A stretch of DNA of 64,000 nt from Spongiibacteraceae bacterium (GTDB taxonomy: Bacteria; Pseudomonadota; Gammaproteobacteria; Pseudomonadales; CAMLJR01). Below, piece by piece: positions 21,432 to 31,317 of the stretch. The stretch covers positions 3,366,398 to 3,430,397 of the forward strand of contig JASGHU010000001.1 in the NCBI GenBank assembly GCA_047602265.1, given 5' to 3'. How positions within the stretch are numbered: position 1 is the stretch's first letter; every line of letters starts with the position of its first letter. The translations under genes were made by a program, and so were the position numbers. Under the pieces are notes generated by a model. The model was not told where the DNA came from, ran no database searches, and saw only the letters and a list, made by a program, of their open reading frames with translations.

Positions 21432-21481
21432 GAACCTACGTTAAAACCGCGCTGTTTCCACGGCCGTACCGATTTACGACA

Positions 21482-21871
21482 ATGCGTCAATCCGCTCCCG
21501 AAAAGCTCGATAATCTGCTTCCAGATCTGAACGAATCCGATCGCATTGCGCACGCCGATTTAATTCTGTGTCATTTCTGTCACGCAGCGATTACCACGCG
21601 CCACGAAGAACTCGTTATGAGCGGCGGCCATCAGCATCGCTTCGTCAATCCGAATGGATTTCAATTTCACATCGGCTGTTTCAAACTCGCGCCCGGCTGC
21701 GACATCAGCGGCCCCGCCACCGACGAATACACCTGGTTCCAAGGTTACGTTTGGCAAACCGCACGTTGCAGCGATTGCGGCGAACATCTCGGCTGGCTCT
21801 ACCAGAACGGCGAAGCCAAGCAGTTTTTCGGCCTGATTATCGACAAACTCGTCCGCTACCAAGCGCAGTAA
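21482..21871 (+). CDS. Cereblon-like (CULT/thalidomide-binding domain) zinc protein
   Basis: CxxC...FVNPNG...TWFQGYVWQTARCSDCGEHLGWLY...FFGL: both CxxC zinc pairs and the tri-Trp cage are present. Confidence 0.9.
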   Translation: MRQSAPEKLDNLLPDLNESDRIAHADLILCHFCHAAITTRHEELVMSGGHQHRFVNPNGFQFHIGCFKLAPGCDISGPATDEYTWFQGYVWQTARCSDCGEHLGWLYQNGEAKQFFGLIIDKLVRYQAQ

Positions 21872-21949
21872 TGCCCACGCCGTCGCTGGCTTTGAGCTCA
21901 CTGCGCACCGTATGATGAGCGCCGCTTTTATCGTCGCGTATTTACTTGA

Positions 21950-22615
21950 ATGACCTCCACACCCTTCATCGTCCCGCATTGCGAACGCGAAATAGCCATC
22001 GTGTTTGCCGACGAACATATCGTCGTCGTCGACAAGCCCTACGGCCTGCTCTCGGTACCAGGGCGCGATCCCGCCAATCGCGATTGCGTGCCCTCGCGCT
22101 TACAAAGCGAATACGGCGAATTGCGCATCGTGCATCGACTCGATCTCGACACTTCAGGATTGATGATTCTGGCGCGCGATGCCGACACGCATCGCCAACT
22201 CAATCGTCAATTCGAACAGCGTACGGTGGAAAAATATTACGAGGCGCTGGTGTGGGGATTGCCCGTCGAGGACGAAGGCAAAATCGATTTACCGATTATT
22301 GTCGATTGGCCGAATCGCCCGAAAAAAATCGTCGACCATGAAAACGGCAAATCCGCGCAAACGCTTTATCGTGTACTCGAGCGCGATGCAGAAAAAAATA
22401 TCGCGCGCGTCGAATTGAAACCGATCACCGGGCGCTCGCATCAGTTGCGTGTGCATCTTGCCGAAATTGGCCACCCGATTTTAGGCTGCCCGTTCTATGC
22501 GCACGACGCCGCACGCAATGCGTATTCGCGCTTGACGCTGCATGCGCGAGATTTGGAGCTCACGCATCCAGCCACCGGCAAGAAAATGCACTTCCATGCG
22601 CCGGTGCCGTTTTAG
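21950..22615 (+). CDS. rluA: RluA-family pseudouridine synthase
   Basis: DKPYGLLSVPGR, VHRLDLDTSG and TGRSHQLRVH motifs. Confidence 0.88.
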   Translation: MTSTPFIVPHCEREIAIVFADEHIVVVDKPYGLLSVPGRDPANRDCVPSRLQSEYGELRIVHRLDLDTSGLMILARDADTHRQLNRQFEQRTVEKYYEALVWGLPVEDEGKIDLPIIVDWPNRPKKIVDHENGKSAQTLYRVLERDAEKNIARVELKPITGRSHQLRVHLAEIGHPILGCPFYAHDAARNAYSRLTLHARDLELTHPATGKKMHFHAPVPF

Positions 22616-22649
22616 CGCATGTGTCCATACATAGCATGCACTTGCCAGC

Positions 22650-23207
22650 ATGCGCCCATCGTTAGAGACTAAGCGAAATACCCGACAACGAGACACCGTT
22701 GTGGTCACTTGCGAACAAAACGACGAAGCAACGCTGCTGGTCGCGCAACCCAATCGCTCGGCGAGCTGGCAATTCAATAAAATCATCATCGCGATTTTTG
22801 CGTGCTGGTGGACACTCATCGCAAGCTTTTTCGTGCTTAAAGGATTGTGGCCCATCATTCCTTTTGCAGGTATCGAAGTCGGCGGACTCGCACTAGCGCT
22901 TTACTATGTGTGCTGGAAATTGCAGCAGCGCCACGTGCTGACGTTTTGCGAATCGAATATCACGCTGCAAAAAGGCGCGTACTATCCGCGCTTCTCATGG
23001 CACTTTCCGCGCGAGTCGGTTTCGCTCTCGGTCGAAGTACAACCTCACCCATGGGACCCACTCAAAATATTTTTATGCGATCGCGAGCAGTCGATTCCCG
23101 TCGGCAATTTTTTAAATAAGGACGACAGCAAGAAATTGCTCGAGTTATTGCGTCAGCAAGGTTTGGGTGTGCGCAACTTCAGTGAATTGAGCCGACTCGA
23201 TTTGTGA
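22650..23207 (+). CDS. DUF2244-like integral membrane protein
   Basis: PNRS, GLWPIIPFAGIE and VGNFLN motifs. The start may be GTG 22701. Confidence 0.8.
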   Translation: MRPSLETKRNTRQRDTVVVTCEQNDEATLLVAQPNRSASWQFNKIIIAIFACWWTLIASFFVLKGLWPIIPFAGIEVGGLALALYYVCWKLQQRHVLTFCESNITLQKGAYYPRFSWHFPRESVSLSVEVQPHPWDPLKIFLCDREQSIPVGNFLNKDDSKKLLELLRQQGLGVRNFSELSRLDL

Positions 23208-23219
23208 ATCGGCTGTGTC

Positions 23220-23250
23220 GGCGTATTACGCTACCGCTAATACGCCCCAC
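23220..23250 (-). repeat. Single REP-like palindrome between convergent genes
   Basis: Minus strand GTGG-GGCGTATTA-GCGGTAGCG-TAATACGCC. Confidence 0.6.
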
Positions 23251-23258
23251 GACATTAT

Positions 23259-24119
23259 TTACTCGCTAAAAAATTCGATACGTCCGAAGCGACCATAATC
23301 CGCCACATAAATCCCTTTTTGCAGCGGCCCTGCTTTACCGAGTGCGCCCGTAATCAACACCTGCCCCGGCTGAATCGTCCAACCGCTCGCGAGCGTGCGA
23401 TTCACAAGAAATAACAACGCTTGCCATTGATCGTTAAGCGCATCGCGACCGCCGCCCTGCGTAACGATTTCACCGTCGCGATACAGCGTGATCTCAATGG
23501 AATTAGGATCGATCACACTCGGTGCACGACCGGGTCCTGCAATAAAATATTTCGCGCCAGCATTGCTTGCGATGATATCGACACCCGTGAATTTTTTATC
23601 GCCGCCCGCATGACTTAAATCAGGCAACTCGATCACTGGCAGCATTTCACTGACGACTGCTTTTAAAGCATTCACATCGGCCAATGGATATTGAATGCGT
23701 TCGGCAAAGCGATAACCAATTTCCACTTCCACGATCGGCTTGCGGTAATCGCGCATTTTGACGTGATAACCATCCTCCGCTTTTTTCAGCTGGCTGCCGC
23801 CCGGTAAGACGCCCGCGATAGGCTCGTTGATACCGAATTGCTGCTGGCCGGCAGCACTGGTCAAGCCCGCCTTGAAACCATCCGGTGCGCGCGACAGTGG
23901 CACTTCATGCAATGCGTTGTATTGAATACGGTACGCAGCTGCGGTGGTCAGCTCCTTGCCAAAATGCTCGCTCAGCAACGGCACCGGCTCGTTATTCACC
24001 CAGGCGTGGGTTATACGCTTGCTGCCCTCGGGCACGGGATCGACGACCGTTGCGCAGGCGGATAAAACCAATGCCAGAGCGGTAATACGGGTCACGTTAA
24101 TAAGGGAAGGCACGCACAT
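23259..24119 (-). CDS. 2-keto-4-pentenoate hydratase-like (FAH superfamily) protein with predicted lipoprotein signal
   Basis: AYRIQ, GFKAGLTS, VEVEIG, IELPD and LITGAL motifs; lipobox LSAC. Confidence 0.82.
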   Translation of the reverse strand: MCVPSLINVTRITALALVLSACATVVDPVPEGSKRITHAWVNNEPVPLLSEHFGKELTTAAAYRIQYNALHEVPLSRAPDGFKAGLTSAAGQQQFGINEPIAGVLPGGSQLKKAEDGYHVKMRDYRKPIVEVEIGYRFAERIQYPLADVNALKAVVSEMLPVIELPDLSHAGGDKKFTGVDIIASNAGAKYFIAGPGRAPSVIDPNSIEITLYRDGEIVTQGGGRDALNDQWQALLFLVNRTLASGWTIQPGQVLITGALGKAGPLQKGIYVADYGRFGRIEFFSE

Positions 24120-24274
24120 TGTGATTCCTTAGAAAGTAGGCGGATTTGGACGGGGCACAGCATAGCCGATCCCGCCGTGATCTACTTATGCCCGCCCAGC
24201 GCGGACTCAGGTAAACTACGTCCCCTCAAAAAACACCACGCGTCCTATCAGCATCGCAACGCCCAGAGAATCGC

Positions 24275-25633
24275 ATGTCTTCAAATTCCAACTCCCGCAA
24301 AGTCGGTTTTGTCAGCCTCGGATGCCCCAAGGCGTTGGTCGACTCGGAACGCATCCTCACGCAATTAAAACTCGAAGGCTACGACGTGGTGCCGACGTAT
24401 CAGGACGCCGATGTCGTGGTGGTGAATACCTGCGGTTTCATCGATAGCGCAAAACAGGAATCGCTCGATGCCATCGGCGAAGCGATTAAAGAAAACGGCC
24501 GCGTGATTGTCACCGGTTGCATGGGCTCGGGCGCCGACGCCGAGCGAATTAAAGAAGTGCATCCGCAAATTCTGTCGATCTCGGGCGCAGCGCAATACGA
24601 ACCCGTGATGCAAGCGGTGCATGAATATCTGCCGCCGAAAACCGAACACAATCCGCTGATCGATCTAGTCCCGCCGCAGGGCATTAAATTAACGCCACGC
24701 CATTACGCGTATTTAAAAATTTCCGAAGGCTGCAATCATCGCTGCACGTTCTGCATTATTCCGTCGATGCGCGGTGATCTCGTCAGCCGTCCGATCGGCG
24801 ATGTGATGGACGAAGCCGAGCGTTTAGTAAAAGCCGGCGTGCGCGAAGTGCTCGTCATTTCGCAAGATACGAGCGCTTATGGCGTCGACACAAAATATCG
24901 CACGGGATTTTGGAACGGTCAGCCGATCAAAACGCGCATGCAGGAATTGTGTGAAGCGCTGGGTGAACTCGGCGTGTGGGTGCGTTTGCATTATGTGTAT
25001 CCGTATCCGCACGTCGATAACGTGATTCCGTTGATGGCTGAAGGCAAAATTCTGCCGTATCTCGATATTCCATTTCAGCACGCAAGCCCGCGCATTCTGC
25101 AATTGATGAAGCGCCCAGCGCATCAGGAAAAAACCTTGGAGCGCATTAAGCGCTGGCGTGAGATCTGTCCTGAATTAACCATTCGCTCGACATTCGTCGT
25201 CGGCTTTCCGGGCGAAACCGAAGAAGATTTTCAACTGCTGCTCGATTGGTTGGAAGAAGCGCAACTCGATCGCGTCGGCTGCTTTGAATATTCCCCTGTC
25301 GAAGGTGCTACCGCTAACGATCTGCCCGATCATGTACCCGATCACATCAAGAAAGATCGCTACGAACGCTTCATGGCCGTGCAACAAAAAATCTCCGCCG
25401 CGCGCCTGGAGAAAAAAATCGGCTCATTGATCGAAGTGCTGATCGATGAAGTCGTCGACGAAGGCGCCGTTGCACGCTCTTGGGCCGACGCCCCAGAAAT
25501 CGACGGACGCGTGTTTATCGATCGCGAATATCTCGACGGTTTCGAGAATTTACAGCCCGGCGATACACTCGTCGTCGAAGTGATCGATTCCGACGAATAC
25601 GATCTGTGGGGCGTTCCCGCCGCTCTCGGTTAA
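24275..25633 (+). CDS. rimO: Ribosomal protein S12 methylthiotransferase
   Basis: [26 protein letters not shown] and TRAM domain. Confidence 0.97.
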   Translation: MSSNSNSRKVGFVSLGCPKALVDSERILTQLKLEGYDVVPTYQDADVVVVNTCGFIDSAKQESLDAIGEAIKENGRVIVTGCMGSGADAERIKEVHPQILSISGAAQYEPVMQAVHEYLPPKTEHNPLIDLVPPQGIKLTPRHYAYLKISEGCNHRCTFCIIPSMRGDLVSRPIGDVMDEAERLVKAGVREVLVISQDTSAYGVDTKYRTGFWNGQPIKTRMQELCEALGELGVWVRLHYVYPYPHVDNVIPLMAEGKILPYLDIPFQHASPRILQLMKRPAHQEKTLERIKRWREICPELTIRSTFVVGFPGETEEDFQLLLDWLEEAQLDRVGCFEYSPVEGATANDLPDHVPDHIKKDRYERFMAVQQKISAARLEKKIGSLIEVLIDEVVDEGAVARSWADAPEIDGRVFIDREYLDGFENLQPGDTLVVEVIDSDEYDLWGVPAALG

Positions 25634-25648
25634 TCGACTGATTTAGTC

Positions 25649-26377
25649 ATGAACGTTATTCTGCTCGAACCGCACGACTATCTATCGGAAGAAAATGGGT
25701 TCAACGATAGCCGTGTGCGTTTGAGCGATGAGCGTGCGCAGCATATTCGCGAAATCCTCGGCGCCGAAAAAGATAAAACATTGAAAGTCGGCAACCTCAG
25801 TGGATTGCTCGGCAGCGCTGATGTTTTACGTATCGATGAAGATTGTGTCGAGCTGCGTGTCACTTGCGATCGTGAACCACCACCCAAATTACCGCTCACG
25901 ATTATTCTCGCCCTGCCACGCCCGAAAATGCTGCGGCGAATTTTGCGCACGGTCGCCGAACTCGGTGTGCGCGAGCTGATTCTCATCAACAGCGCAAAAG
26001 TCGAAAAAAGTTATTGGCAGACACCGGCGCTGAACCCCGAGACAGTTCGCGATTATTTTATCGATGGCTTACAGCAATCCGGCGACACTGTGTTGCCTTC
26101 CATTCACTTTGAAAAACTATTCAAACCCTTCGTCGAAGACCGTCTGCCCGCGCTGTTAAAAAACTCTCACGGCATTGTTGCGCATCCAGGAACGAACGAT
26201 GCCTGCCCCATCGCCTTCAATCAGGATTGTGTTCTGGCCATCGGCCCCGAAGGCGGGTTTACGCCGTACGAAGTCGAAAAGCTCAGCGCAGCCGGCATGC
26301 ACGCTGTGCATTTGGGCACACGCATCCTGCGCGTGGAAAACGCATTGACGACACTCATAGCCCGCCTGTATTCCTAA
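25649..26377 (+). CDS. rsmE: 16S rRNA m3U1498 methyltransferase (RsmE family)
   Basis: LALPRPK, IGPEGGF and LGTRILRVE motifs. Confidence 0.88.
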   Translation: MNVILLEPHDYLSEENGFNDSRVRLSDERAQHIREILGAEKDKTLKVGNLSGLLGSADVLRIDEDCVELRVTCDREPPPKLPLTIILALPRPKMLRRILRTVAELGVRELILINSAKVEKSYWQTPALNPETVRDYFIDGLQQSGDTVLPSIHFEKLFKPFVEDRLPALLKNSHGIVAHPGTNDACPIAFNQDCVLAIGPEGGFTPYEVEKLSAAGMHAVHLGTRILRVENALTTLIARLYS

Positions 26378-26413
26378 CGATAAAACTCAGCCGCGCTCAG
26401 TCGGCATGCGCAA

Positions 26414-26450
26414 TAAAGCCCGCCACCTCAAAACGCTGTGGCGGACTTTA
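26414..26450. terminator. Probable bidirectional terminator between rsmE and the lipoprotein gene
   Basis: TAAAGCCCGCCAC...GTGGCGGACTTTA. Confidence 0.6.
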
Positions 26451-26464
26451 GCTTCGCGATCAGC

Positions 26465-27106
26465 TCAGCGGGTGTAAGCCCACAAATCGACAATCGCGCT
26501 GCCATCGTCACTGACCAGCCGGAACACTGCCGGCGCATAGTCGCGATCGACAATCAACGCCCCTGTCGTTTTGGCTGGCACCGCGCCACAGCCGGCTGCA
26601 TTCAGTGTCAGCTTCAACGTGGCTGGCAGCATACCGGCCTCGACCCGACCACTCAGCTTGCACGCGGAGTTTCCCGCCACGATGTCGCCATTGGCAGCGA
26701 TGGCGAAGCTAACCGTGTCACCGCTCGCCAACCGCGTTTCATAACTGCCGACCACATCGGCGACCGCGACATCATCGACCACAAGCGTGGTGCTTTGTAG
26801 GAAGCTGATCGCCACGTCCGTGTTGGAGCGCGGAACGACAACCCATTTGGCGCTGCTGTTTTCGCGACGGTAGAGCGCGTTGGCGCGATCATCGTCATCG
26901 GCCATCACCAGCAGACGCCCGCCGCTGGTGTCGGCGTAGTATTTGCCGACGGTAAGATCGTCGGCGCTGCCCGTCGAGACGATGTAAGCACCGGCCGGCA
27001 GATCCGGTACCGAGACCTGAGCGATCTTCTTGCCGGAGCCACCCCCGCTGCACGCCGCCAATGACAGTAACGCTGCTGTCAGCGTGAGAAATTTGAATGT
27101 GCGCAT
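26465..27106 (-). CDS. Hypothetical lipoprotein
   Basis: Lipobox LAAC, GGGAGG RBS, 13 nt downstream of the SurE-like gene. Confidence 0.8.
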   Translation of the reverse strand: MRTFKFLTLTAALLSLAACSGGGSGKKIAQVSVPDLPAGAYIVSTGSADDLTVGKYYADTSGGRLLVMADDDDRANALYRRENSSAKWVVVPRSNTDVAISFLQSTTLVVDDVAVADVVGSYETRLASGDTVSFAIAANGDIVAGNSACKLSGRVEAGMLPATLKLTLNAAGCGAVPAKTTGALIVDRDYAPAVFRLVSDDGSAIVDLWAYTR

Positions 27107-27119
27107 GTGCGAACCTCCC

Positions 27120-28076
27120 TCACTGCAACAGATCTTTCAGGCGTAGCCGCAGCCACTCCTGACCGGCCGGACGCTGCTCGAAACCGAGCTGCATTGCCGC
27201 CACAGAGATGCGGTCGCGATACACCACACTCTCATCCTCCGCCTGAGCCGCCGTGGGTGTGTCGGGGTTGAGCGAGGCGCCATAACCGGGGTTAGTGGAG
27301 CGGAATTTGAGCGGCGTGATCAGCTCGTAGGTTCCCATGCGCGCGAACGCAAATGGCGTCGATGCAGTCAGGACATCGGGAAAGTTGACCGTCAGCGCCA
27401 GCCGGGATGGCAGCAGTGGACCATTGCCTGCTTTGGCGATGAGTGTGTCGACCAATTGTTTGGTGAGTTGGGCGATGATAGGTGAGCTTGGATGCGCCAG
27501 GTTGACGTCGTCTCGCGTGGCGCTGCCGGCGCTCAGCGCGATAGCGGGAATACCGCGCCCTGCCGCCATCTGCACGTTACCCACAGTACCGGAGTTGGTG
27601 CCGAGCTTGCCGACATTCGGGCCCTCGTTAGGGCCGGACAACACCAGATCGGGATCCTTGCCCCAAGCAGCCTGGGCCACCACATCGATGCCGTACATCG
27701 TCGCCATGACCGGCGTACCGTGCACGTAATAGTAATCGCCCGTGTTGAAGCCGGCCTTCGTCATCGGGCCAAAGGCCGGATCGCCGACTGCAGCAGCACC
27801 GCTGCGACACCCGGAAGCCGCTTGAGCGTCATTGGTTGCGGAGACGGTGCTGAAGTTGTACATGACCAAAGCACCGCTGCGGCCGCTTTGATTGGTGCAC
27901 GGTACCGAGACCACGACGTCATGACCCGCGGCGGTCAGCGTGTCATAGAGCGCTTTGACGTTACTGGTGAGACCGTCGTCATTGGAGATAAGAATATTGA
28001 GCGCCTGTGTCGTCATCGACATGCCGCCAACTGCGGCAGCGAAAGCGCATTGAAGTAATCGTTTCGAGAAAGCCAT
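27120..28076 (-). CDS. Exported SurE-family nucleotidase/acid phosphatase
   Basis: Signal peptide, then LNILISNDDG, NQSG, GTP, SGPNEGPN and SGTVG motifs. Confidence 0.9.
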   Translation of the reverse strand: MAFSKRLLQCAFAAAVGGMSMTTQALNILISNDDGLTSNVKALYDTLTAAGHDVVVSVPCTNQSGRSGALVMYNFSTVSATNDAQAASGCRSGAAAVGDPAFGPMTKAGFNTGDYYYVHGTPVMATMYGIDVVAQAAWGKDPDLVLSGPNEGPNVGKLGTNSGTVGNVQMAAGRGIPAIALSAGSATRDDVNLAHPSSPIIAQLTKQLVDTLIAKAGNGPLLPSRLALTVNFPDVLTASTPFAFARMGTYELITPLKFRSTNPGYGASLNPDTPTAAQAEDESVVYRDRISVAAMQLGFEQRPAGQEWLRLRLKDLLQ

Positions 28077-28230
28077 GAATTCCCCCAGGATTAAGGTTTG
28101 TTATAGGGATGACTGCGAGAGTCATGGCGGACCATGCCGTAAACAGCACGACGAAACTTCTCAGTTTATGGAGTGAGATAAGAAAAGAGGGGAATGGCTG
28201 GCAGGAAACAGGGGAGGTATTCGCCCTCGA

Positions 28231-29376
28231 TCAATGGGCGATCATTTTTGGCCGCTGCCGATATTCGCTCGGCGACAATCCCGTTGCCTGTTTGAAATGT
28301 TTATAAAAGACCGACTGCGAGTTGTAGCCAGCATCCAGAGCCACTGCCGCGATTTTCAGCGGCGGTTGAACATCCAACAGCCGCTTGGCCTCTTCGAGCC
28401 GATAACCGTTCATCAGCTCGAAGAAACTCTTACCTGCGCACTGATTAATGATTTGACTCAGCTGATAGCTCGGCAACCCGGCAAACTCTGCAAGCTCCGA
28501 AAGACGCAAATCGTTTTTTAGCCAGGGCCGTTGTTGCTCCAGTAGATTCTGTAGCGCATGCCACTGCCGCTCGGCGGACTCGCTCGTCAACGCACTGGTT
28601 TCGTATTTTGCGCGAGGCGCTTCCGCCGGCACTGCCGTTGACCGCTCCGAATCGGGCGAGTCGGGACGACGGCGCGCAAAGATATCCGCTTGAGTAAGCG
28701 CCACCAACGCGATGACGTAATACAGGACAACGATCACCGCCAGCGAATAGATTTGGCGCGGCCACAACGTCAGACCGGGAATCAGCCTCACCAGATGAAT
28801 CAATAACCCCATCGCCATCAGGCACAGGAATATTCGAATACACCAGTGAATCCCTCGAAAATCCACCCCGGCCTTATTGGAAAAGAGATGTTCTATTCGG
28901 TGCCGATGTCGCCGGATAAGGTGATCCGCATACAACAGATAGATTGTGTGCAAGAGATAGTGGCCTATCCCGATCATCGCTGCCGAATCGGGTGGCAAGC
29001 CCGCTGCCGTCTGTTGCGCGGCTTGCAAGCCAACGTGCATGACATGAGCAGCCAGCGTCAGCAGCAGAAACGGAGCGGCATAAATAACGCTCTTCGGCTG
29101 CAGCCGATAATCCGGCTCAAGCATCGATTTGATGTAGCAGATCAACAGCGGCAAGCTGAAAGCACCCGCAACCGAAAACAAAAAAAGAATGGAAGCGTCG
29201 AGTGCGACACGATGATACGCAAGCACGATGATCAGCGGCATCGGCAGCTTCAGCGCCAACGAAATCGCCAACAGACGATTGGCCGCACGATTACCGCCGC
29301 GATTCAACAACAATGCCGGAATCAGCGTCAGCCCCAGTATCAGGCCGCTGTAGGCCAGCATCGTGCGAATATCCAT
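28231..29376 (-). CDS. Membrane-anchored AraC-family regulator
   Basis: About 7 hydrophobic segments, then an AraC HTH (YQLSQIIN...AGYNSQSVFYKHFKQATGLSPSEYR). Confidence 0.9.
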   Translation of the reverse strand: MDIRTMLAYSGLILGLTLIPALLLNRGGNRAANRLLAISLALKLPMPLIIVLAYHRVALDASILFLFSVAGAFSLPLLICYIKSMLEPDYRLQPKSVIYAAPFLLLTLAAHVMHVGLQAAQQTAAGLPPDSAAMIGIGHYLLHTIYLLYADHLIRRHRHRIEHLFSNKAGVDFRGIHWCIRIFLCLMAMGLLIHLVRLIPGLTLWPRQIYSLAVIVVLYYVIALVALTQADIFARRRPDSPDSERSTAVPAEAPRAKYETSALTSESAERQWHALQNLLEQQRPWLKNDLRLSELAEFAGLPSYQLSQIINQCAGKSFFELMNGYRLEEAKRLLDVQPPLKIAAVALDAGYNSQSVFYKHFKQATGLSPSEYRQRPKMIAH

Positions 29377-29379
29377 GAA

Positions 29380-30030
29380 TTAGGACTGAGGCCCGAGACA
29401 GACGCCCGTACCACCCAAGCCGCAATACCCACCCGGATTTTTGGCTAAATATTGCTGGTGATAATCCTCGGCGTAATAAAATTCCGGCGCGTCGATGATT
29501 TCAGTGGTTATTGCCGAAAATCCCGCTTCTTTAAGCGCCTGCTGAAATTCGGCTTGTGTCGCCAACGCCAATGCTTTCTGCGCAGACGAATAGCAATAAA
29601 TACCCGAGCGATATTGCGTGCCGATATCGTTGCCCTGCCGGAATCCCTGCGTGGGATTATGACTTTCCCAAAATACTTTCAATAATTTTTCGTAACTGAT
29701 TTTTTGCGGATCAAACACAACCAGCACCACTTCATTGTGACCGGTCTGACCCGAACACACTTCCTCGTAAGTTGGATTCGGTGTAAAACCTGCGGCATAG
29801 CCCACCGCTGTTGTGTACACGCCGGGCTGCTGCCAGAAGCGACGCTCAGCGCCCCAAAAACAACCGAGACCGAACATCGCGCATTCCATTTCTGCAGCAA
29901 ATGGCGGTGACAGCGGTGTATTGAGCACAAAATGTTTCGCCGGCACCGGCATTTTTTGTGCGCGACCCGGCAGTGCCCGCTCGGGAGTCGGCATCGTCAA
30001 TTTGTGTTCTTTCGAGCTGAACCAATTCAT
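29380..30030 (-). CDS. msrA: Peptide-methionine (S)-S-oxide reductase
   Basis: GCFWG, GTQYRS and YHQQYL...GYCG motifs. Confidence 0.97.
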   Translation of the reverse strand: MNWFSSKEHKLTMPTPERALPGRAQKMPVPAKHFVLNTPLSPPFAAEMECAMFGLGCFWGAERRFWQQPGVYTTAVGYAAGFTPNPTYEEVCSGQTGHNEVVLVVFDPQKISYEKLLKVFWESHNPTQGFRQGNDIGTQYRSGIYCYSSAQKALALATQAEFQQALKEAGFSAITTEIIDAPEFYYAEDYHQQYLAKNPGGYCGLGGTGVCLGPQS

Positions 30031-30057
30031 AGCGCACCTCTCTGACTCGACATGTCA

Positions 30058-30129
30058 TCGCAATAAACTTTTATATCGTCGCAATAGATTTTTTCGCAAC
30101 AACGTTTTCGGAACAACGTTTTCGCAATA
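30058..30129. repeat. Degenerate tandem repeat (5 x TCG(C/G)AA(T/C)A core) upstream of msrA
   Basis: Cores at 30058, 30079, 30094, 30108 and 30122. Confidence 0.7.
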
Positions 30130-31317
30130 CTATTTTTTCTCGCCGACCTCAGACGATGGCGTAACCACGCGCACCGACTGACCTTCGCCAATCGCATCGG
30201 GCGGGTTGATCACCACGGCATCATCGGCTTTTAATCCGGATAATACTTCTACCTCGGTTCCAAAATCGCGACCCAACTGGATCGACTGCAAATGAATTTG
30301 CTGCTGCGCATTCACCGTCGCCACCTGCAAACCATCGCCGCGAAAAATCAATGTACTCACAGGCAATCGCAACGCCGGCTGCACGGGCAATTTAAGATGC
30401 ACGCGCGCATACGCACCCGGCAATAATTTCGCTGCAGTGTTATCGACTTCAACCTCCGCACGCAACGTGCGCGATTCGTTGTCGATAGCGTCGGCGCTGC
30501 GAACGAGTTTGCCACTGAAGCGTTGCCCCGGACGCTCGGCAAATTCGAGTGATGCATCAAGCCCCGATTTAATTTCGGCCGCGTAAATTTGCGGAATCTG
30601 AATATACACGCGCAATTTTTCGCTGGCGGTAATGCGAAACAATTCGGTGCCCGATGCCGCATTGACCAGAGTACCGATATCGATATTGCGCGCAGTAATC
30701 ACCCCGCTGAATGGCGCCACGATGCGTTTGAATCCCTGCAATTCGCGCAGTCTCTCGACGTTGGCCTGCGCGGAGTCACGCAATGCGTCCTTCGCTGCGG
30801 CGTCACCAACTTTTTCATCGGCTTCCTGTTGCGATACCGCATCAGATTTACGCAGCTCAAGCCAACGCTCAGCGGTACTGCGCGCCAGCTTGGCGTTCGC
30901 GATCGCGGTCGCTAAATCCGCCTGCGCCTGCAGCAATTGCTGATCGATTTCCGGCGTGTCGATTTCAGCGAGCAATTGGCCTTTTTTAACGCGCGAACCA
31001 ATATCGGCATTCCAGTTTTTTAAATATCCCGTGGTGCGCGCGTAGATCGGCGCGTCGGCGTATGCGCGTACATCGCCGGACAAACTCAGCTCTTCTGCGC
31101 CGGATTGCAGAGCTGGCTTCACGGTAGCGACCAATGCCGCTGCATTTTCATCGACACGCTGCTGCAACACCTTATCCATTTGCATGCGCATACCGATGCC
31201 GACCAACACAATCACAACGATGGCGATCGAGATGATAATTAGCCATCGGCGCTGCGCTGGCCTCAATGCAAATGCATCCACTGCATTCGCTTTCGATTCA
31301 TTTTCAGAAGAACTCAT
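30130..31317 (-). CDS. RND efflux periplasmic adaptor subunit
   Basis: TM anchor, IYARTTGYL...VKKGQLLAEI and APFSGVIT motifs. Confidence 0.93.
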   Translation of the reverse strand: MSSSENESKANAVDAFALRPAQRRWLIIISIAIVVIVLVGIGMRMQMDKVLQQRVDENAAALVATVKPALQSGAEELSLSGDVRAYADAPIYARTTGYLKNWNADIGSRVKKGQLLAEIDTPEIDQQLLQAQADLATAIANAKLARSTAERWLELRKSDAVSQQEADEKVGDAAAKDALRDSAQANVERLRELQGFKRIVAPFSGVITARNIDIGTLVNAASGTELFRITASEKLRVYIQIPQIYAAEIKSGLDASLEFAERPGQRFSGKLVRSADAIDNESRTLRAEVEVDNTAAKLLPGAYARVHLKLPVQPALRLPVSTLIFRGDGLQVATVNAQQQIHLQSIQLGRDFGTEVEVLSGLKADDAVVINPPDAIGEGQSVRVVTPSSEVGEKK

